This document shows, in pieces, positions 39,149 to 44,924 of a DNA stretch of 44,924 nucleotides (positions are counted from its first letter, which is position 1; each line of letters starts with the position of its first letter). This DNA is from Myxococcota bacterium (GTDB taxonomy: Bacteria; Myxococcota_C; UBA6777), in contig JAKLKB010000042.1 of assembly GCA_023150835.1 (NCBI GenBank), forward strand, positions 1 through 44,924, given 5' to 3'. A model generated the notes under the pieces. It did not search any database and was not told the origin of the DNA. It saw nothing but the letters and a program-made list of their open reading frames with translations. A program made the position numbers and the translations under genes.

Positions 39149-41188
39149 GTGAAAAAAAGAAGCCTCTCTCTTTTTCTCTTTTTCTTCGTACAACTTTCCG
39201 TCTTTTCTGCTTATGCTGCTGATCCAGAAGCCCCCTACAACAAACATTACTTGCTCAATCCCCAAGATCACCTTTATACTGTCAATGTTGATCCGTTGAA
39301 TCCGCCAAACTCGTTGGCTTCTTTGACGGAAATCCTCCTCACTCTCTCCGAAGGCGGTGTGATCGTGCATTGGGATCGTGAACAAGACAGGCCCGCAGAT
39401 ATCACTGTCGAGATCCCACTCAACACCGAGAACCCCCTTAACGGCCTCCTTTCCTTCCTTCACTCCGTCAAAACCATCTACGGCATCAACAACGTCACCG
39501 AAGACCTCGAACTTCAAAGCCACAACACAAACGTTGCGCGTGGCGACTCGGCCATCCTCCCCGATGTCGATGTGATCGTCCTCAAACAAGTGTGTCGTTT
39601 CAATGAAAACCAGATCATCGAAGTCGATGGTGGCCGCATCATCGCCACTTTGCGTTCAAGCGACAAACGACTCACTCGCCTTGTCAGCACCTTCCACACC
39701 CTCGAATGCATCAGCCCCACCAATCTCCTCACCGAAAGCCAAATCGCAGCCCTTCACGGCACTCCCAACAGCGAGATCATCCTCAAACTTGCGCCCCCAC
39801 GCCCTGAACTCGGCCACTCCACCCCCCTCTATGTCTACCAATTCATCGACAGCAACAACCAATTTCTCGAAGTCAAAGCCACCAACGGCGAGATCCTTCG
39901 CACACACAACACAACCATGAATGCTTTTGGCTTGGAACGTAGCATTTCCGAACGTTCTTGGCCCGGCGGACTCAAGTGCCGCGACTCCGATGTCGAAGGC
40001 CAGTACAATTCGCCCTCGCGAGGCTCCCTCTGCACCAACGATTATCTTGAAGTTTACAACTCGTTATACTACGCAATCTTACCCATGAAAGGAAAACACC
40101 ACCTGACACAAGCACTCGGCAACGGACAAAACGTCGGATGGGGTTCCGCTATCAACTTTCAGATTATCTTTAACTACAATACAGAAGGAGAACAGAGCGG
40201 CCCTGAGCATTTTGGCTCTTATGGGGGAACTCAAATCAACGTCTCCAAGTTTGCTTATGATTCGTCGAACGATTTTCGAACCTTGCAAACCTACCAAAAT
40301 AACCCTCTGCCTGGACTTGGCGGCGTAGTCGATCTCGTCGGTCATGAAGTTGGCCACGGCTATATCGCCTCTTTCATACAGACGAAAGGGCTTCCGACAG
40401 GTACGAATACCTTTGTGTCTCCATCCGCCAATTACCAGATCGGACGTGCGATAACGGAGGGCTTTGCAGACATATACGGACAACTAAGCGAAGTCAGAGC
40501 GCGTTATGTTCACGCCGCATGTGCAGGGAACTACGACCCTTCTTGCGGCGATCATGAGCTCCAAAGCTGCGGCTCAACCGTCTGTGAGCGAGGCGAATAC
40601 TGCGCATCCAACAACCATTGTGTGGCGTGCAATGAAGAATGCGGAGCCGATCAAACGCAGATCGCCCGCGCCACGCTCGACCCTAAGTTTGTACATACCT
40701 ACCACAAGACGGGCTATCCCGTGCTTGAGGACAACAAGTCCATCCGCGATCTTGGCCCAAATCCACACGGGGCCGACATCATTAGCTGTAACCAGCATGA
40801 GATAGTGCAGTATTACCACAATAGTCTTTTCTTGAGCCGTATGGCACTCAGCTATCATACAGCCCCTGACCGCCTCCGCAACATCAACGGATACATCCGT
40901 CATGTTGGTGACGTTTCCGTGGGAGAGGATTTTTTCAAACAAACGCTCTTGAACATACGCGGAGGCTCCACGGGGCCAAGCCGAAGAGATGCCGAGATCG
41001 CGTGGCTGGGAAGCGCAGGTTCTCTTATCAAAGATACCCCCAGCGCAGTTTGGAATGCTAGAAAATGGGACATCGTCACTCTAAGGGGACTTGGTATCAT
41101 CTTAAAGATGCTGACACCCGTACAAGGAAAATGCACGAATGGCTGCATCGCAGGTTCCAAATACGAGTGCCTCCGCCCCCACCCCTAG
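39149..41188 (+). CDS. Secreted thermolysin (M4)-like zinc metalloprotease, divergent, with a Cys-rich insert
   Basis: Signal peptide ending AYA; FTP/PepSY-like propeptide (EVKATNGEIL); DLVGHEVGHG, AITEGFADIYG, HNS; AAGGAG RBS. Confidence 0.78.
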   Translation: MKKRSLSLFLFFFVQLSVFSAYAADPEAPYNKHYLLNPQDHLYTVNVDPLNPPNSLASLTEILLTLSEGGVIVHWDREQDRPADITVEIPLNTENPLNGLLSFLHSVKTIYGINNVTEDLELQSHNTNVARGDSAILPDVDVIVLKQVCRFNENQIIEVDGGRIIATLRSSDKRLTRLVSTFHTLECISPTNLLTESQIAALHGTPNSEIILKLAPPRPELGHSTPLYVYQFIDSNNQFLEVKATNGEILRTHNTTMNAFGLERSISERSWPGGLKCRDSDVEGQYNSPSRGSLCTNDYLEVYNSLYYAILPMKGKHHLTQALGNGQNVGWGSAINFQIIFNYNTEGEQSGPEHFGSYGGTQINVSKFAYDSSNDFRTLQTYQNNPLPGLGGVVDLVGHEVGHGYIASFIQTKGLPTGTNTFVSPSANYQIGRAITEGFADIYGQLSEVRARYVHAACAGNYDPSCGDHELQSCGSTVCERGEYCASNNHCVACNEECGADQTQIARATLDPKFVHTYHKTGYPVLEDNKSIRDLGPNPHGADIISCNQHEIVQYYHNSLFLSRMALSYHTAPDRLRNINGYIRHVGDVSVGEDFFKQTLLNIRGGSTGPSRRDAEIAWLGSAGSLIKDTPSAVWNARKWDIVTLRGLGIILKMLTPVQGKCTNGCIAGSKYECLRPHP

Positions 41189-41210
41189 CCCCCAAGAAGC
41201 GAGTGCTTCC

Positions 41211-42470
41211 ATGCCAAACAAGCCCCTTTTCTTTTTTCTGCTTGCCTACTTTTTCTTTTCTTTTTCGGCTTGTGAGCACAATGTCTGGCTCCCAACAGAG
41301 GAAAGAAAAGAACCCCATGACGCCTCTTCTCTAGAAAAGCGAGTAGAACCTTTTTTTGAATCCGACAGCGAAACAACATTACAAGAAAGAGAAAGCGAGT
41401 TCTTGCCAGAGAACCCCTCGGAACCAACACCAGAACCAACATGCGTCCTGTCTTGCGCTGAACCTTTCCTTGGTGTGCGTGGGAAGCGCTTTGATGTCGA
41501 AGGCCCACCCGATCAACAATTGCTTGGCCTCCCCGCTTTCATCGCCCGCAACCAACAAGGCGACTACTTCATCGCTGAAGAACCCCACTTGAGCCACATC
41601 AAGAAATACACAAAAGAAAAAGGTTTGTTTGTTTTCGCAGGAACGACAGGGACGGAGCAAGAGGGGATCCGAGACGGACCAGCCCATCAAGCTCGTTTTT
41701 TCTGGCCCGTCTCTTTGGCCATTGATTCCAAAGGAAATCTCTTCGTCGGTGAAGGGTCGAACCGCGTGAGAAAAATCACTCCACAAGGTGAAGTTTCGAC
41801 TTTTGTGGGCAATGGCAAACCTGAAAGCAAAGACGGTATCGGTCAAGAAGCCCAAGTCAACGGCTTCAACCTGACCATCGATCAACAAGACAACCTTTAC
41901 TTATCGGATGGTCTTGTTAATCGAATCAGGAAAATCACCCCACAAGGCGAAGTGACCACGATCGCGGGAACTGGTGAGTCAGGTGACAGAGATGGCAAGG
42001 CGAATGAGGCCACTTTCTACTACCCGCGTGCGCTTGTCGTTGACAAACATGGAAACCTTTACATCAGCGATACAGGCAATTACAAGATCCGCAAACTCAC
42101 CCCCGATGGCCAAGTCTCTACTTTTTCCGGCAGCGGTACAGAAGGCTCCAAAGATGGCACAAAAGACCAAGCTCGATTTGGCTTCATCACGGGATTCGCT
42201 TTTCATCCTGATGGAGATCTCTACGCGATGGATCATGAAAATGGGCGCATTATCCGCTTCGATGCGCAAGGCACTGCCACCACCGTCGCTGGCACCGGAA
42301 AAGAAGGCTACCGCTCGGCTGGCTCTCTGCTCGAACTCGAATTTCATACCCCATCAAGCCTTCTCTTTGACTCTCCCACCACATTTCTCATCACAGAAAG
42401 ACTCCCTTCAACTGTTCGGCGCGTGTACCTCAAAAACTGCCCCTGCCTCCCGCCCCCCTCGAAGCCCTGA
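41211..42470 (+). CDS. NHL-repeat beta-propeller lipoprotein
   Basis: FSAC lipobox; repeated DGxxxxAxF..PxxLxxDxxGNLY..D..N.RIRKIT units. Confidence 0.9.
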   Translation: MPNKPLFFFLLAYFFFSFSACEHNVWLPTEERKEPHDASSLEKRVEPFFESDSETTLQERESEFLPENPSEPTPEPTCVLSCAEPFLGVRGKRFDVEGPPDQQLLGLPAFIARNQQGDYFIAEEPHLSHIKKYTKEKGLFVFAGTTGTEQEGIRDGPAHQARFFWPVSLAIDSKGNLFVGEGSNRVRKITPQGEVSTFVGNGKPESKDGIGQEAQVNGFNLTIDQQDNLYLSDGLVNRIRKITPQGEVTTIAGTGESGDRDGKANEATFYYPRALVVDKHGNLYISDTGNYKIRKLTPDGQVSTFSGSGTEGSKDGTKDQARFGFITGFAFHPDGDLYAMDHENGRIIRFDAQGTATTVAGTGKEGYRSAGSLLELEFHTPSSLLFDSPTTFLITERLPSTVRRVYLKNCPCLPPPSKP

Positions 42471-42560
42471 GCCTGCTCCTACCTCCCGCCTCTGTCGAAG
42501 CCCTGAGCCTGCCTCTGCCTCCCGCCCTGTCGCTTGAAGAAAGACCTTCTCTTCTGTTGC

Positions 42561-43601
42561 TCAGAAAAATCCGTAGCGCAACCCCAACGATGCAAACAAG
42601 CGCCCGGGCTGATTGCGCCCCATCTGTGAGACAAAGACCCCTGAATCGACAAGGACTTGCAGCGTCCAATGTGGCTCGAACGACCACGCCAACGATGCGC
42701 TCGCTCCCACATCCACACGCGAACTCTCCGCGATCCTCCGCTCTCCAAGCGCCAGATCATCTTCCCACAAAAACCGCAGATGCAACGCCAGCACAACAGT
42801 CTTCGCCATCTCGATCCCACCCGTCAACACCAACGGCACACCCACCCCAAAACGCTGCATCACCCCCAGATCCGCACGTTCCGCAGGCAACGGGATCTGT
42901 ACCCCGATATCCAATTGCAAAAATAGCGGATAAAAGGTCTTTTCCAGCACAGCACCTGCGCTTAATACCCACGCCCCACGCCCCGTCACATCCGCCCCGA
43001 TCGACTGACGAGAAGCATACGTGGCTCGCCCCGTCGGCGCTTGCACTCCCACGATCAACGCCAACGCCGGGATATGCGGATGCTGGCCCACACGGATCAG
43101 ATCAAATCGCGCACCGCCTTGGATATCACCAAACCACCCATCCCATGCTTCTTGATCCCCCACACGCCGATGATTCAAACTACACGGAACTCGCGCAAAC
43201 AACGAGATCTGCCGATGCACTCCCACCAATCCCCACACTTCCGAACGCCACTCATGCGCCAAATAATCACTCCCATACCCCGCCCAATCGCCCTTTGTAT
43301 CCCACTGACCCATCTCAAATAGGCCACCGCTGCGCAACCCCACCGCCGCTTTCTCCCAGTTCCTCAGACGCCCTACCCCCGACAAAGCCGAGGACATACA
43401 ACAGGCCCCTGCTTCCGCCTCTTGCACAAAAATCACACCTGCGAAACACCAGACCAACACTCCCACCCCACACCAGACAGTCCCATTTCGCATCCACCCC
43501 CTCACAAACGCAGCCTTCGTGCAGGCGTCCACGCCACACCTTGTCAAAAGCCCGAAGAATACGGCTTTTTTGAAACCAAACACGCGCCAGATGCCGATCA
43601 T
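42561..43601 (-). CDS. Putative outer-membrane beta-barrel/transporter with a Cys-Cys motif after the signal peptide
   Basis: AEAGA-CC; GDIQGGARF and APTG motifs; alternating beta strands; C-terminal LGLRYGFF; ATGA overlap with the upstream gene. Confidence 0.7.
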   Translation of the reverse strand: MIGIWRVFGFKKAVFFGLLTRCGVDACTKAAFVRGWMRNGTVWCGVGVLVWCFAGVIFVQEAEAGACCMSSALSGVGRLRNWEKAAVGLRSGGLFEMGQWDTKGDWAGYGSDYLAHEWRSEVWGLVGVHRQISLFARVPCSLNHRRVGDQEAWDGWFGDIQGGARFDLIRVGQHPHIPALALIVGVQAPTGRATYASRQSIGADVTGRGAWVLSAGAVLEKTFYPLFLQLDIGVQIPLPAERADLGVMQRFGVGVPLVLTGGIEMAKTVVLALHLRFLWEDDLALGERRIAESSRVDVGASASLAWSFEPHWTLQVLVDSGVFVSQMGRNQPGRLFASLGLRYGFF

Positions 43602-43996
43602 TGAACATCCACAGGCAAGGTCTTTTCAGCAAAATCGCTACCTTTTTCTGCACGCACTTTGACTTCCCACGCACCTTTCATCTGAAAATAAACCTCGGCG
43701 TGGAAATGGCCTTTTTCCTCTTCCTTCAAGGTGACTTCTTTGGAAGAACCATGACCATGCGCGGGCATATTCGGAGAGATGGTCAGTTTGCATCCCTCCA
43801 ACATCTGGCCTTGCGCATCCTTGACGTGGACATGAAGGGTGTTTGCGCCCACTTTCGCTGGCGAGGCTTCGAGCGCAACGGTGAGCTGAAGTGTCCCTTC
43901 TTTGGGATCTGTCTTCGTAGGGGTTCCACATCCCACCCACGCCCACGCTCCAAAAAAACAAATCAAACCAACCATCCAACGCGATCTTTTCAACAT
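43598..43996 (-). CDS. YtkA/FixH-family lipoprotein
   Basis: WVGC lipobox; MPAHGHG and FQMKGAWEV motifs; AAGGAG RBS. Confidence 0.85.
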   Translation of the reverse strand: MLKRSRWMVGLICFFGAWAWVGCGTPTKTDPKEGTLQLTVALEASPAKVGANTLHVHVKDAQGQMLEGCKLTISPNMPAHGHGSSKEVTLKEEEKGHFHAEVYFQMKGAWEVKVRAEKGSDFAEKTLPVDVQ

Positions 43997-44091
43997 ACTT
44001 TTTGCTCCTTAATTTTGGCACCTGTTTTGGGAAACCAAAGCCATGCTCTTGAGGTGGCCATGCAATACAAAAGATCGCGCTGTCAGGGAAT

Positions 44092-44106
44092 GTGGCATAT
44101 TGTCGC
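44092..44106. promoter_or_regulatory. Putative RegA/PrrA/RegR-type binding site
   Basis: GTGGCATATTGTCGC fits the G(C/T)GGC-N5(AT-rich)-GTCGC pattern known for this family; lies between the divergent ytkA-like and regulator genes. Confidence 0.6.
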
Positions 44107-44144
44107 AGCGCCCGTCTCCTCCACGAAAACAAGAAAGGATACTG

Positions 44145-44702
44145 ATGGATCCCTCCAACACAACGCTCCATCCGTCCGTTTTGGTGGTGGACGACCACGA
44201 TATCTTCCGAGAGCGGCTGGCCCGCGCCTTACGAGATCGTGGTTTTGAAGTCCGCACCGCCGCAACCCTCGAAGCCGCCCGCGCAATGGTCCTCGAAGAC
44301 TCCCCCGAAAAAGTCATCTTGGATCTCCGACTTCCCGAAGGATCGGGGCTTCAACTGCTTCAAGAGATCCATTCCTTCGATCCCACCGTCGAAGTCGTTG
44401 TCTTAACAGGCTACGGTAGCATCGCCACCGCTGTCGACGCCATGCGCCTCGGAGCCGTCAACTACCTCTCCAAACCCGCCGATGCTGACGAGATCCTCGC
44501 TGCCTTCGCAAGAAACCACACCCCACCGCTCGATCCACCCGAACCCACCTACCCCACCGCTTCCCTCGCTCGCGCCGAATGGGAACACATCCACCGCGTT
44601 CTCTCCGATTGTGGCGGCAACGTCTCCAAAGCCGCCCGTATCCTCGGAGTCCACCGCCGCTCCCTTCAACGCAAACTTCAAAAATATCCACCCATCACAT
44701 AA
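44145..44702 (+). CDS. RegA/PrrA/ActR-family redox response regulator
   Basis: VLVVDD, DLRL, LTGYGSIATAVDA, YLSKP, SLARAEWEHI, GNVSKAARILGVHRRSLQRKL. Confidence 0.92.
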   Translation: MDPSNTTLHPSVLVVDDHDIFRERLARALRDRGFEVRTAATLEAARAMVLEDSPEKVILDLRLPEGSGLQLLQEIHSFDPTVEVVVLTGYGSIATAVDAMRLGAVNYLSKPADADEILAAFARNHTPPLDPPEPTYPTASLARAEWEHIHRVLSDCGGNVSKAARILGVHRRSLQRKLQKYPPIT

Positions 44703-44924
44703 CCGCTCCTCTAAACAACACCACCTCTCCTCTAAACAACACTGCCACTCCTCTAAACAACACCACCTCTCCTCTAAACAACACCACCGCTCCTCTAAAC
44801 AACACCACCGCTCCTCTAAACAACACCACCGCTCCTCTAAACAACACCACCGCTCCTCTAAACAACACCACCGCTCCTCTAAACAACACCACCTCTCCTC
44901 TAAAACAACACCACCTCTCCTCTA
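44703..44924. repeat. 21-bp tandem array (cc[g/t]ctcctctaaacaacacca), more than 10 units, running off the window edge
   Basis: Starts on the base after the regulator's TAA. Confidence 0.95.

Noticed and set aside
38435-42547. Prophage or integrase-encoding island
   Set aside because: No integrase, transposase or phage structural gene inside or beside the direct repeats
44015-44030. Sigma-54 promoter TTGGCAC-N5-TTGG
   Set aside because: The -12 dinucleotide is GG rather than GC; not supportable without TSS data
1-44924. Apparent excess of GATC/CGATCG (HIP1-like) words
   Set aside because: Could come from heavy use of ATC and GAT codons; needs a codon-aware count that I cannot run

Overview
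Bacterial chromosomal window with about 28 protein-coding genes. Gene content (two large Ser/Thr kinases with low-complexity linkers, a DUF4175/peptidase-MA/MoxR/DUF58/BatA cluster, Cys-rich lipoproteins) suggests a Myxococcota-like organism; this is an inference. Other genes: a wecA-like/Wzy-like/methyltransferase block, a Gly-rich repeat protein paired with a trigger-factor paralog lacking the ribosome-binding domain, osmC-like, an Fe(III) ABC transporter, tdk, hemB, a TM2 protein, dps, sqr, a PAS sigma-54 activator, a penicillin-acylase-like enzyme, an M4-like protease, an NHL lipoprotein, a beta-barrel/YtkA pair and a RegA-type regulator. I recognised no rRNA, tRNA, CRISPR array, transposase or integrase. 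The non-coding DNA is the most unusual part. Three different small TIR elements with visible target-site duplications either carry or insert into GTAG-type REP hairpins, and one family sits on TNA triplets, often stop codons. A ~4.1 kb cargo of secreted-protein genes is bracketed by a 142-bp duplication of a gene 3' end whose copies differ only at synonymous sites. There are also many tandem repeats and a patchy, strong C/G strand skew. Product calls come from motif recognition, not database searches.
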